A stretch of 64,000 nt of DNA from an uncultured Ignavibacterium sp. Lineage in GTDB: Bacteria > Bacteroidota > Ignavibacteria > Ignavibacteriales > Ignavibacteriaceae. Made by a program: the position numbers and the translations under genes. Every line of letters starts with the position of its first letter. Position 1 is the stretch's first letter. Location of the stretch: positions 27,261 through 91,260 of the forward strand of contig CAYTEN010000001.1 of the NCBI GenBank assembly GCA_964436775.1, given 5' to 3'. The notes under the pieces are model-generated. The model saw only the letters and a program-made list of their open reading frames with translations. It was not told the origin of the DNA and made no database searches. Shown piece after piece: positions 9,688-19,800 of the stretch.

Positions 9688-10506
9688 ATGAATAAATCAG
9701 ATAAAAATGATAAGGTAATTTCCGCTTATGAAAAAGCCGCACAGGATGGGATTGATCCGCGATGCATTCCTCAAAAATTAACCGGGCCTGTTCCACAACA
9801 CGATGAGATTATTTATCCCTCTTATCCAAAAAGTGATCAGGAAAGCTGGAAGTATCTTTATGACAGACAAATGAAATTTTTGCCCGGCAGAGCTTGTGAG
9901 GAATATCTAGAAGGTGCAGAAAAAATAAATCTATCTCCAGATAAAATTCCATATTTAAAAGATTTGAGCCACATATTTTTTGGTACAACGGGATGGAAAG
10001 TGGCAAGAGTACCAGGTTTAATACACGAACAAGATTTTTTTGGAATGCTGAAGAGAAAAATTTTCCCTTCAACAGATTATATCCGAGGAAAAGAAGAACT
10101 GGATTATACACCTGCACCCGATCTTTTCCACGATATATTTGGTCATATGCCATTGCTTACAAATAAAAATTTTGCCTCATTCTATCAAAAATTTGGAGAA
10201 GCTGCTCACAAGGCTGTTGGAATTAATCGAACTTATCTTGAAACATTTCATTGGTTTACGGTTGAGTTTGGTTTGATTAAAAAGCAAGAAGGTATGCGTA
10301 TTTATGGGGCGGGGATTATTTCATCTCATGGTGAAGTTCAAAATACTTTATCAAAAAACGTAGAGGTTAAAAATTTTGATCCCGAAACCATAATCCATCA
10401 AGAATATGATGTCTGGCATTTGCAACCAATCCTTTTTGCGATAGAATCTTTTGAGCAGTTAGAAGATGGATTTAAAGTCTGGACTAGAAAAGCAGGATTA
10501 ATTTGA
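9688..10506 (+). CDS. phhA: Phenylalanine 4-hydroxylase (pterin-dependent aromatic amino acid hydroxylase)
   Basis: Iron-ligand region 'PDLFHDIFGHMPLL', plus 'HWFTVEFGL' and 'RIYGAGIISSHGE'. Confidence 0.9.
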   Translation: MNKSDKNDKVISAYEKAAQDGIDPRCIPQKLTGPVPQHDEIIYPSYPKSDQESWKYLYDRQMKFLPGRACEEYLEGAEKINLSPDKIPYLKDLSHIFFGTTGWKVARVPGLIHEQDFFGMLKRKIFPSTDYIRGKEELDYTPAPDLFHDIFGHMPLLTNKNFASFYQKFGEAAHKAVGINRTYLETFHWFTVEFGLIKKQEGMRIYGAGIISSHGEVQNTLSKNVEVKNFDPETIIHQEYDVWHLQPILFAIESFEQLEDGFKVWTRKAGLI

Positions 10507-10657
10507 AGTTAAATGGAACTTTTATCTCATCGTCTTGTTACCTATATCACCAAGTGATTGTATTTTTTGTATATCCAAGCCCTTTTGGTTAATTTTATTA
10601 AGAAAAAGTAGATAGCTTTCCTAAAAAATCTAAATTAAAATTATTAAGGAGTTTAAA

Positions 10658-11128
10658 ATGGCACTAAAAATTGGAGATAAAGCCCCTGATTTTACATTGT
10701 TTAATCAAGACGGCGAAGCAGTTTCACTTAGTTCATTCAGAGGGAAAAATGTAGTTGTTCTTTTTTTCCCGGCGGCAAATACCGGCGCCTGTACCAAAGA
10801 GATGTGTACTTTTAGAGATGAGCTTAAAGTATATGAAAATTTTAATGCAAAAATATTAGGAATTAGCGTTGACACCCATTTTGCATTAAAAATGTTTCAT
10901 GATAAAAATAATTATAATTTCCCGTTACTTAGTGATTTTAATAAAAAAACTATCAAAGCATATGATGTTATGTTAGATGTTTTTGTGCCTGGTAAATTTG
11001 ATTATTTTAATACTGCAAAGCGTGCTGCATTTGTTGTGGATAAAAATGGGAATATAAAATATTTTGAAGTGCTTGCAAATCCAGGCGATCAACCAAATTT
11101 TGATGGAATTAAAAAAGCATTAAATTAA
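10658..11128 (+). CDS. Peroxiredoxin (AhpC/TSA-redoxin family)
   Basis: 'FFPAANTGACTKEMC' peroxidatic Cys context and thioredoxin-fold length. Confidence 0.8.
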   Translation: MALKIGDKAPDFTLFNQDGEAVSLSSFRGKNVVVLFFPAANTGACTKEMCTFRDELKVYENFNAKILGISVDTHFALKMFHDKNNYNFPLLSDFNKKTIKAYDVMLDVFVPGKFDYFNTAKRAAFVVDKNGNIKYFEVLANPGDQPNFDGIKKALN

Positions 11129-11150
11129 ATATTAACTGGAGTAATTGCTC

Positions 11151-11609
11151 ATGCCAGAAGTTGGTAAAAAAGCTCCTGATTTTTCTTTAATAGATCAGGA
11201 TGGTAAAAAAAAATCTTTAAAAGACTTTAAGGGTAAAAAAGTAATACTATATTTTTATCCTAAAGATAATACATCAGGTTGCACTAAAGAGGCATGTAAT
11301 TTTAGAGATGATTTTCCAAAATTCAAAAAAACAGATGCTATCATACTTGGCGTTAGTCCAGATTCAGTCGAATCACACAAAAAATTTGCAAGCAAATATA
11401 ATTTACCTTTCACACTTCTTTCTGATGAGGATAAAAAAGTATTGAAGAAGTATGATGTTTGGAAAGAAAAAAGTATGTACGGAAGAAAGTATATGGGTGT
11501 TGTAAGAACAACCTATGTAATTGATGAAAATGGAAAGATCAAAAATGTATTCAATAAAGTGAAAGTTGATGGACACAATTCAGAAGTGATGGAAGCGTTA
11601 AAGGGATAA
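11151..11609 (+). CDS. bcp: Thioredoxin-dependent peroxiredoxin Bcp/PrxQ
   Basis: 'YFYPKDNTSGCTKEAC', 'ILGVSPDSVESHKKF', 'PFTLLSD'. ATG at 11151 is preferred over the listed TTG at 11145. Confidence 0.9.
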   Translation: MPEVGKKAPDFSLIDQDGKKKSLKDFKGKKVILYFYPKDNTSGCTKEACNFRDDFPKFKKTDAIILGVSPDSVESHKKFASKYNLPFTLLSDEDKKVLKKYDVWKEKSMYGRKYMGVVRTTYVIDENGKIKNVFNKVKVDGHNSEVMEALKG

Positions 11610-11610
11610 A

Positions 11611-12018
11611 ATGGTATATATAACGAGAAGAGAAACATTTGCCGCGGCTCATCGGCTATTTCAGGTCGGATTAAGTGATAAAGAGAATTTTAAGTTATTT
11701 GGGAAATGCAGCAATCCAAATTGGCATGGACACAATTATACTTTAGAAGTGGTTGTTGCGGGAGAAGTAAATCCTGAAACAGGATTTGTTCTAGATATAA
11801 AAAAACTAAAAGAAATAATTCATCAATACGTCATAAATAAAGTTGATCATAAGAATCTTAATATAGACACAGATTTTATGAAAGATCTTATTCCAACTTC
11901 GGAAAATATTGTAATGGCTATTTGGAAGCAGTTAGTTGATAAAATACCCGGTGGCAAATTGTACTCAGTAAAACTATATGAAACTGAAAACAATTATTTT
12001 GAATATCGCGGAGAATAA
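11611..12018 (+). CDS. 6-pyruvoyl-tetrahydropterin synthase (animal-type PTPS pattern; PTPS/QueD superfamily)
   Basis: 'AAHRL...[23 protein letters not shown]' and C-terminal '[16 protein letters not shown]' closely follow the mammalian PTPS sequence as I recall it, rather than the E. coli QueD 'CGRLHGHS' context. Confidence 0.8.
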   Translation: MVYITRRETFAAAHRLFQVGLSDKENFKLFGKCSNPNWHGHNYTLEVVVAGEVNPETGFVLDIKKLKEIIHQYVINKVDHKNLNIDTDFMKDLIPTSENIVMAIWKQLVDKIPGGKLYSVKLYETENNYFEYRGE

Positions 12019-12037
12019 ATTGAATAAAAATAAAACA

Positions 12038-12586
12038 ATGGATCTTATCAATAATTTAATCACTGAAATTGGAGAAGACCCAAAACGTGAAGGATTACTA
12101 AGCACTCCTAAAAGAGTTGCCGAAGCTTATGAATTTTTGACGAAAGGATATCATCAAAATATAGAAGAAGTTTTAAATGATGCAATCTTCACTGAAAAGT
12201 ACGATGAAATGGTAGTAGTGAAGAATATTGATTTTTATAGTTTATGTGAACACCATATGTTACCATTTTATGGAAAAGTTCATGTTGCATATATCCCAAA
12301 TGGAAAAATTGTTGGATTAAGTAAAATTCCAAGAATTGTTGATGTATTTGCACGAAGACTTCAAGTTCAGGAAAGAATGACTCAACAGATTGCAGATACA
12401 CTTGATAAATATTTACAACCAATTGGAGTAGCAGTTGTTTTGGAGGCTTTTCATATGTGTATGATGATGCGAGGTGTTGAAAAACAAAATTCGTCTGCTA
12501 CGTCAAGTGCTATGCACGGTGTATTTAAAGATGATGCGAAAACAAGAACCGAATTTCTTGACTTAATATCAATGCGGAACTTATGA
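12038..12586 (+). CDS. folE: GTP cyclohydrolase I
   Basis: '[15 protein letters not shown]', '[22 protein letters not shown]', '[10 protein letters not shown]', 'RLQVQERMT', 'HMCMMMRGV'. ATG at 12038 is preferred over the listed 11978, which overlaps the upstream gene. Confidence 0.95.
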   Translation: MDLINNLITEIGEDPKREGLLSTPKRVAEAYEFLTKGYHQNIEEVLNDAIFTEKYDEMVVVKNIDFYSLCEHHMLPFYGKVHVAYIPNGKIVGLSKIPRIVDVFARRLQVQERMTQQIADTLDKYLQPIGVAVVLEAFHMCMMMRGVEKQNSSATSSAMHGVFKDDAKTRTEFLDLISMRNL

Positions 12587-13296
12587 CAAAAAATAAATCA
12601 GGTATCTGGATTACTGGTGCAAGCTCAGGAATAGGAAGATCTGCTGCTATTGAATTTGCAAAAACTGGATGTGATGTTTTTGTATCTTCAAGAAGGGTTA
12701 GTGAACTAGAAAGATTAAATTCTGAATTAGATGAGCAAAAACTTTCGGTAGAAATATTTCCCTGCAATATCGCATCAAGTCAAAACGTTGATCAGACTAT
12801 TAAAAAAATTACAGCGAATCATAAAATAAATTGTTTAGTCAATAATGCTGGAATTACCTCCTTTAAACTAGCTGAAGAAAATTCAGTTAATGAGATAAAT
12901 GAAATTATAAACATAAATTTACTTGGTTCAATTTATACTATTAGAGCTGTTCTTCCTCATATGATATCAAATGGAGGAGGAACAATCATCAATATTCTTT
13001 CCGTCGTTACTAAAAAAACTTTTACTAGAAGCACAGCATATTCAGCTTCAAAATGGGGATTGCTGGGTTATTCAAATGCATTGCGAGAAGAAGTTAGACA
13101 TCATAATATTAAAGTTGTTAATCTTATTCCCGGAGCCACGGAAACACCAATCTGGTCAAAAGAATTAAGGAATCAACATTCAGAAAGAATGATGTCTAGC
13201 GAAGAAATTGCTCGTGTTTTGGTTTGGGCTTATCTGCAAAAGGAGAATTTGGTTACTGAAGAAATAGTTCTTAGACCAATTCAGGGCGATCTATAA
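12583..13296 (+). CDS. Short-chain dehydrogenase/reductase (candidate sepiapterin reductase)
   Basis: '[11 protein letters not shown]' cofactor motif, 'NNAG', and catalytic 'YSASK'. Its ATG overlaps the folE stop (ATGA at 12583..12586). Confidence 0.85.
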   Translation: MTKNKSGIWITGASSGIGRSAAIEFAKTGCDVFVSSRRVSELERLNSELDEQKLSVEIFPCNIASSQNVDQTIKKITANHKINCLVNNAGITSFKLAEENSVNEINEIININLLGSIYTIRAVLPHMISNGGGTIINILSVVTKKTFTRSTAYSASKWGLLGYSNALREEVRHHNIKVVNLIPGATETPIWSKELRNQHSERMMSSEEIARVLVWAYLQKENLVTEEIVLRPIQGDL

Positions 13297-13320
13297 AAAA
13301 GCCGGTTTGCCCGGCTTTTT
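13296..13320. terminator. Bidirectional rho-independent terminator
   Basis: 'AAAAAGCCGG-TTTGC-CCGGCTTTTT': 10-bp stem with A/T-run flanks, between convergent genes. Confidence 0.7.
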
Positions 13321-13352
13321 AGGTATGGTAAATTAAATTTTAACGACGATTA

Positions 13353-13841
13353 TCATTCAGGATTATTATCTCGATCTTGACTTCTGTTATGCATCCTATC
13401 TTTCATACCTTTTCTCATATGCAGTTTCATTTTATCAGCCTTTAATTGCATGTCTTTCCAAATCTGTTTTTGATTTGCATCCAAAATTTCATAAACGTCC
13501 ATCTGATGGTTAATTTTTTCAGCTTCAATTTTATTTTTGACTTCTTGCATTTCTTTTGTTACTCTCAACATGTCATCTCTTTTGACTATATCACCTGAAA
13601 GAATCTTTTCTTTCTCTAATTCTTTTTTCTTAAGCTGTAAGGTTAAATCTATTAAACGATCCTGAAAGTTTAATCTCAGATCTGAAATCTTTTTTTCTTG
13701 ATCTGCATTTAATTGTAATTTCTTTTTGACCATCTCACGCATATCACCCCGTCTACCATCATTTTTCATTTGAGCGAAATTAACTGAGCTAAAAAACAGT
13801 ATTATCAGCAAAGATAACACTACATATTTTAGATTTTTCAT
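13353..13841 (-). CDS. Periplasmic coiled-coil protein, Spy/CpxP-like (LTxxQ-type)
   Basis: Signal peptide 'MKNLKYVVLSLLIILFFSSVNFAQ', then helical K/E/Q-rich repeats such as 'LNADQEKKISDL'. Internal ATG at 13841 is preferred over 13889. Confidence 0.5.
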   Translation of the reverse strand: MKNLKYVVLSLLIILFFSSVNFAQMKNDGRRGDMREMVKKKLQLNADQEKKISDLRLNFQDRLIDLTLQLKKKELEKEKILSGDIVKRDDMLRVTKEMQEVKNKIEAEKINHQMDVYEILDANQKQIWKDMQLKADKMKLHMRKGMKDRMHNRSQDRDNNPE

Positions 13842-13972
13842 TTTTTTACCTTTCAATTTATTTAATGAATTATTTTGTCCATTTGACAAACAAAATTTAA
13901 ATTAGGTTTAAAGAGATTTCATTAAACCTTAAAAGAGTTCTGTTTGTCTAATTATTGACTAATTAAAAGTGT

Positions 13973-14524
13973 ATGCAAGATTTAACAAATGATGATATTC
14001 TGATAAAAAATTTTATCCAGGGGGATGAATCTGCTTTTAACAGATTAGCAACAAAATATCAGGAGAAAATTTACTGGCATGCACGAAGAATGACAGGAAA
14101 TCATTTAGACGCTGATGAAATTTTGCAGGAAGTTTTGATTGTTCTTTATAAAAAGCTCAAAACTTTTAAATTTAAATGTTCTGTTTATACTTGGATTTAT
14201 AGGATTACAAATACGAGAAGTATTAACTTTTTAAAGAAAAACAGACTTAGAAATTTTTTGACCTTGAACGAAATAAAAAGTTATAGAGACGATAGTAATA
14301 ACATAATCGCGGATTTAGAACAAAGACAAAAATTAGAAAAGATAGAAAAAGCTATTCAGAAATTACCGGTTAAACAAAGAGAAGTATTTATAATGAGAAG
14401 TTATGATGAAATGACGTATGAGGAAATTTCAAAAGTGACAGGGAAAAGCACAGGTGCTTTGAAAGCAAATTATTTTCATGCAATAAATAAATTGAAGGAG
14501 CTACTTAAAAATGATGAGCAATGA
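13973..14524 (+). CDS. ECF-type RNA polymerase sigma-70 factor
   Basis: Region 2 'DADEILQEVLIVLYKKL...YTWIYRITNTRSINFLKK' and region 4 'LPVKQREVFIMRSYDEMTYEEISKVTGKSTGALKANYFHAINKLK'. Confidence 0.9.
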   Translation: MQDLTNDDILIKNFIQGDESAFNRLATKYQEKIYWHARRMTGNHLDADEILQEVLIVLYKKLKTFKFKCSVYTWIYRITNTRSINFLKKNRLRNFLTLNEIKSYRDDSNNIIADLEQRQKLEKIEKAIQKLPVKQREVFIMRSYDEMTYEEISKVTGKSTGALKANYFHAINKLKELLKNDEQ

Positions 14525-15116
14525 TGAAAAATTTGATATGTATTTTTTTAATGAAATGAATGCAAAGGAAAAGCAAAGTTTTGAAGATGAAATTAAATCC
14601 TCCAAACAAATGGAAGAGGATTTCGACCGCTACAAAAAGGTTTTTGCACTTGTGCATGATTCAAAAAACATTAAATTAGATGCCCTATACACTCAAACCA
14701 TAATTCCTAATTTTAGAAATAGATTGGAGAAAAAGAAAAAGCTATCAATTTTAGTTAAATATGGTTATGCCTTTGCAGTATTATTTATTGCGGTAATAGG
14801 TTATTCTATTATTACGAACGTTATGAATGAAAAGCATAACTTACAACAAATTTATACTAGATTGACAAATGATGAAGTAAATTCTCTAGTATCTGAAATG
14901 AACATTGATGCAGAAAACTACTATGATGAAAACGCTATAGAAAAAATAGATTCTATTTATAATATTGAGTTGGTTAAAGATGTAAATGCATCACTCTATG
15001 ATAATAGTATCGAATCAGGATATAAAGATATTAACATTAAAGAACTGGATCAGTACCTTTCTGATAGGGATATTGATCTAATTTTTGCAGAATTATCTAA
15101 AAAAGAAATTATTTAG
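14511..15116 (+). CDS. Putative anti-sigma factor (single-pass membrane protein)
   Basis: Overlaps the sigma gene end by 14 nt. Short cytoplasmic N-domain, one TM ('YAFAVLFIAVIGYSIIT'), then a periplasmic domain. Called on position and topology only. Confidence 0.5.
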   Translation: MMSNDEKFDMYFFNEMNAKEKQSFEDEIKSSKQMEEDFDRYKKVFALVHDSKNIKLDALYTQTIIPNFRNRLEKKKKLSILVKYGYAFAVLFIAVIGYSIITNVMNEKHNLQQIYTRLTNDEVNSLVSEMNIDAENYYDENAIEKIDSIYNIELVKDVNASLYDNSIESGYKDINIKELDQYLSDRDIDLIFAELSKKEII

Positions 15117-15124
15117 AGGTAGTT

Positions 15125-15598
15125 ATGAAATCATTTTATTTTATTATAGCACTTTTTATTGGTATATCGATTACATCTTTTGCCCAGCCAGATAGGGGAA
15201 AGATGAAGAAACAGCGAAGTAAAATTCATCAGTTAGAAAAAATTAAACTTATCGAAGCGCTTAATTTGGATGAAAATACCTCGATTAAATTTTTTGTACG
15301 AAGGAATGATATGCAGAACGAAACAGAGTTATTGCAAGATAAATCTGATGACATTATGAATAAAATTGGAAATACAATCGATTCAAATGATAAAAATATT
15401 GAATCAGTGCAGAAACAATTAATTACTGAGTTACTAAATGTTAGGCAGAAGATGGATGATATTAGAAATCAATTTATTGATTCATTGAGTGATCTTTTAC
15501 CAACTGACAAAATTGCAAGATATCTTGTTTTTGAGCAAAAATTCAGAGAAGAAATCCGAAAAATATTATTTGATCGAAGACATCGCCCAGAAGAATGA
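15125..15598 (+). CDS. Secreted helical protein (Spy/CpxP-like), last gene of the ECF operon
   Basis: Signal peptide 'MKSFYFIIALFIGISITSFAQ' and helical K/E/Q/D-rich composition resembling 13353..13841. Confidence 0.5.
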   Translation: MKSFYFIIALFIGISITSFAQPDRGKMKKQRSKIHQLEKIKLIEALNLDENTSIKFFVRRNDMQNETELLQDKSDDIMNKIGNTIDSNDKNIESVQKQLITELLNVRQKMDDIRNQFIDSLSDLLPTDKIARYLVFEQKFREEIRKILFDRRHRPEE

Positions 15599-15674
15599 TC
15601 ACGCAAAAACAATATTGAACTTTTTCTAGTATTGATTTTCTAAAGCATGTAACATATTTTGTCACTTCAAATTT

Positions 15675-15758
15675 GCGGAAGTGGTGAAATTGGTATACAC
15701 GCTATCTTGAGGGGGTAGTGCCTTAATTGGCGTACGGGTTCAAGTCCCGTCTTCCGCA
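15675..15758 (+). tRNA. tRNA-Leu (anticodon GAG)
   Basis: Acceptor GCGGAAG/CTTCCGC, anticodon stem CTATC/GGTAG with loop TTGAGGG, long variable arm, T-arm ACGGG-TTCAAGT-CCCGT. Confidence 0.9.
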
Positions 15759-15801
15759 CAGCTGATGAACTATTTTTTTCAATAAATCCAGGAAAAATAA
15801 A

Positions 15802-16563
15802 ATGACAAGTAACAAATTTTTCTATGCTTTTTTGTTTTTATTAACCTTTTCTATGTTTGGAATTGCACAGGAAATGAAACCTGAAGCAGGGAAACTCTAT
15901 AATGAAGGCAATGCCTTATTAAAAAGTGGAAATGCAAATGCTGCTGTAGAAAAGTACGACGCTGCACTGCAAATAGAAAAAGATTATAGAACTTTTTATC
16001 AAAAGGGAATTGCACTTAAAAAATTGAACAAGCTTGATGAAGCAAAAACTGCTTTTGAGGAATCATTGAAATTAAATAAAGATTTTGAAGGTGGATTGAA
16101 CGCTCTTGGTGGCGTTTATTTTTCAATGGGTAACTATACTGCCGCTGCCGATAATTTTGATAAAATTCTAAAATCAAATGCTAGCGACAGAATAAAAAAT
16201 AAAGTGAAGAAAAATATTTCCCTCGCATATGCCAAATTGGGTAATGATGCTCTTTCTGGTGGTAATGCTGATAAAGGAATTGAATATTTAAAAAAGGCAG
16301 TTGAAAATGACAATTATGATGCTGCTTACCTTTCGCTTGCAAAGGTCTATTCAGAATTAGGTAAATGGGATGATTCTATTTCGGCTGCTGAAAATGCATT
16401 AAAATATAGATCCAAAATTTCCAAAGGCGGGCCATATTTTTATATGGGCATTTCCTACAGAGGGAAAGGTGATATAAGTAAAGCTAAAGAAATGTTTAAT
16501 CAAGCAACTGCAGATCCGACTTATAGAAAAACTGCTCAATATGAATTAGGATCAACAAAGTAA
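15802..16563 (+). CDS. Secreted TPR-repeat protein
   Basis: Signal peptide followed by repeated TPR-like 'A...Y..AL....' units, for example 'GNANAAVEKYDAALQIEKDY' and 'LDEAKTAFEESLKLNKDF'. Confidence 0.8.
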   Translation: MTSNKFFYAFLFLLTFSMFGIAQEMKPEAGKLYNEGNALLKSGNANAAVEKYDAALQIEKDYRTFYQKGIALKKLNKLDEAKTAFEESLKLNKDFEGGLNALGGVYFSMGNYTAAADNFDKILKSNASDRIKNKVKKNISLAYAKLGNDALSGGNADKGIEYLKKAVENDNYDAAYLSLAKVYSELGKWDDSISAAENALKYRSKISKGGPYFYMGISYRGKGDISKAKEMFNQATADPTYRKTAQYELGSTK

Positions 16564-16591
16564 GAAAAAAATAATTTTTCTATAAAATTGA

Positions 16592-16615
16592 CCCTCGGAA
16601 ACGAGGGTTTTTTTT
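16592..16615 (+). terminator. Rho-independent terminator
   Basis: 'CCCTCG-GAAA-CGAGGG' followed by T8. Confidence 0.7.
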
Positions 16616-16711
16616 CCCCATTTACTGTAATTCATTCTGGTGAAACTAACTAAATTCTCAACAATATTTTAATACTTTTCTTTAAAAGATTCCTTTATTT
16701 CATTTTGTGGC

Positions 16712-16739
16712 TTGACTTTATGATAATTCAGATTAATAT
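16712..16739 (+). promoter_or_regulatory. Possible sigma-70-like promoter (TTGACT - 16 nt - TAATAT)
   Basis: Hexamers at 16712..16717 and 16734..16739, upstream of the large TPR gene. Promoter consensus in this lineage is uncertain. Confidence 0.25.
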
Positions 16740-16814
16740 TTGCCAAAACAAATAAAAAAATTAATCCATGGTTTTGTGTTCTTTAGTAAAACAAGATCAT
16801 TTTGTTCTTAGAAT

Positions 16815-19800
16815 ATGATTTTTATCCATCCTAATCTTTTTAAAGGATTGAGTATGATCAAATACTTAGCAGTTTTTATTCTATTCGCTCTTAGTCCTAC
16901 TATGATCCAGTCTCAAACGGTTTCTGAAAAACTTGATGCTGCCATTACGGCTTTTCATCAGCAGCAATATGCTCAAGCTAATAGATTGTTTGAAGAATTT
17001 TTTAGTGATTATAAGATAATCGACGAGATATTTGCTACAGCAAAATATTACTCCGCCGAATCTCTATTAAAACTTGGGCGTAAAGATGAAGCTGCTATAA
17101 CATTTGAATATTTAGTAACCAATTATTTTTGGTCAAACTTCCGTGATAAATCTTTATACAACTTAGGATTGATCTACTATTCTGAATCTAAGTACGAAAA
17201 GTGCAGACTGAGATTTAAACTTTTACTAAGGGATTATCCTGAAAGTGAATTTGTAGGCAGTTCACTCTACTGGATTGGCGAATCATATTCTGCAGAAAAC
17301 AAACTTGATGAAGCAATCAAATTTTTGGAAGAAGCTGTTGCTGATAAAAGAAACAATAGTTTTGAAGATTATTCGATTTACACGCTTGCTAATGTCTATG
17401 AAAAAACAGGAGATTATAATAACGCAGCAAAATATTATGATATGCTTTTGACTTATCATAAAAATTCTAAGTTGGCTAATTCTGCTCAAATCAGAATTGG
17501 CATTTGTTACTTCAAATTAAAAGACTATCAATCGTCAATACTTGAATTAAAAAATCCAAAGTTAACAAACCTTCCTGCTGATGTATATTCTGAAAGTTTG
17601 TATTTGCTTGCAACTTCATATTACCGGGTTCAGGAATATCCAGATGCTGAAAAAACTTATTTAGAGGTTCTTAATAAATTCCCATCGTCTCAATATATCA
17701 AAGAATGTAAGTATGGTTTAGCCTGGACTTATTTCCAGCAGAAAGAATATAATGATGCTTTTATTCAATTTGATGAGTTATCGAATGGTGATGATAGTTT
17801 GGCTATCAAATCTTTTTTTTGGAAAGCGGAGTGTAAAAGATATTTAGGTAAAAATGATGAGGCTTACAATATTTATACACAGTTTCTAGAAAAATATCCT
17901 AATGATCCGTTGGCAAAAGAAGTACAATATCAGATTGGAGTAGTTTATTATAATGAAAATAATACTGATCTTGCATCCCGATACTTGCTATCAGCTAACG
18001 CTTCAAATAATGATAATATTAGGGCAAAAGCTTTCACTCTTCTTGGAGAAATTGAATTAGCTAAGGGGAATTACAGAGAGGCAAAAAACTATTTTGAGAT
18101 AGTTAAAGACTTGAACAATATTGATGAAGATGTAAAAAACAGATCTCTGATAGGATTGGGCATTGCACTTTATAATCTAAATGATAACAAGACAGCTATT
18201 AAATATTTGAATTATGTTGATAAACAAAATCCAAAATTTGAATCACAAAAATTAAATTTTTTTTTAGCGGAAAATTATTTTGCCACAGGTGACTTTAAGA
18301 ATGCTTTAAGTAGATACAACCAGGCTGTTGGAGATGACAAGGATTTATCAGCTCAAACACTTTATGGAAAAGCTTATGCATATTTTAATTTAGGTGATTA
18401 CGAAAACTCGGCTTATCAGTTTGCTGATTATATAAAGAAATATCCGAATGATAAAAGAACATACGATGCAAAATTGAGGTTAGCAGATAGTTACTTTGGA
18501 AGTAAAAATTTTGCGGCAGCAAGTAAGGTTTATAAAGAACTATTTAGCTCCAATGCAAAACTAAATACTGATCCTTATGCGCGATACCAATATGCTCAGG
18601 CTTTGTATAAATCAGGTAAGATAAATGATGCAATTGCTGAGTTCACCTCTATACAAGAAAAATTTCCAACTTCAGAATTTGCAGATGTTTCACTTTATAC
18701 TGTTGGTTGGATCTATTTTCAGAGAGGAAATTTTCCGGAAGCAATTTCTCAATACAGAATTGTTACAACAAAATATCCTAAGACTGCATTAGAGCCAATA
18801 ATTTATTATTCAATTGGCGATGCATATTTCAATATTGGTAAATACGATTCAGCTATTGTTAATTATGAAAGAGTAATCTCGCAATTCCCATCATCAAGTT
18901 ATGTTTTTGATGCAGTAAATGGAATTCAATCCAGTTATGTTGCAAAAGAAAATCCTGAGAAAGCTATTTCGTTTCTTGGAGAGTTTGTATCAAAAAATCC
19001 AAATCTAAGCTATTCGGATCAGTTACTTTTTAAGAGAGGGGAAATTTATTATGGTCTTGGAAAGTACGAATTAGCGAAGCAGGCCTACAAGGATTTCGCT
19101 TCAACCTATCCTAAGAGTAAATTCATCCCTGACGCATATTATTGGATAGGGAAAAGTGCCCAAAGTCTTAGTCAGAACGAAGAAGCGATATATAACTTCA
19201 ATAAAGTTTTTGAAAATTATAAAAACTCTGATCTTGCTGCCTCTTCTATACTTGAGATAGGTAATATTTTGAAATCGGATAAAAAATACGATGAGGCAAT
19301 TAAAATTTATGATAGTGGAGTAGCAAATTTAAGTAAATCCCAAAAAATTCCTGAGTTGTTATTTAATAAAGGGCAAACATTATTAGAAATGAAAAAAATT
19401 CAGGAAGCCTATTCTGTTTTTGATGAAGTAGTAATGAATTATCCGGAAACCATTTTTGCGGATAATTCGAAATTTGAATTAGCATTAATTGAAATAGCTG
19501 CTGGCAGATATGCTAATGCAGATAGTTATTTATCAGCTCTCGCTGAAAAAAGGTCCGATGATATCGGAGCAAAATCGCAATACTATTATGGGCTTTCACT
19601 TTTTAATCAAGCAAAATATAAAGAAGCTATTACAGAATTGATAAGGGTAAGAACTGTTTTTTCACGATATGATGAATGGGTTACTAAATCATATTTATTG
19701 CTAGGGGATTCTTATGTTAAACTTAATGATAAAAGGAATGCTGCTGAAATGTATCGAGCTGTTTTAGCAAAACATAGTGGCACCTCTTTAGGAATAGAAG

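Noticed and set aside
9809-10153. 114-aa minus-strand ORF
   Set aside because: It is antisense to phhA, which carries clear catalytic motifs.
10658-11609. Possible selenocysteine or stop-codon recoding in the tandem peroxiredoxins
   Set aside because: Both ORFs are uninterrupted, with Cys at the peroxidatic position. There is no in-frame TGA.
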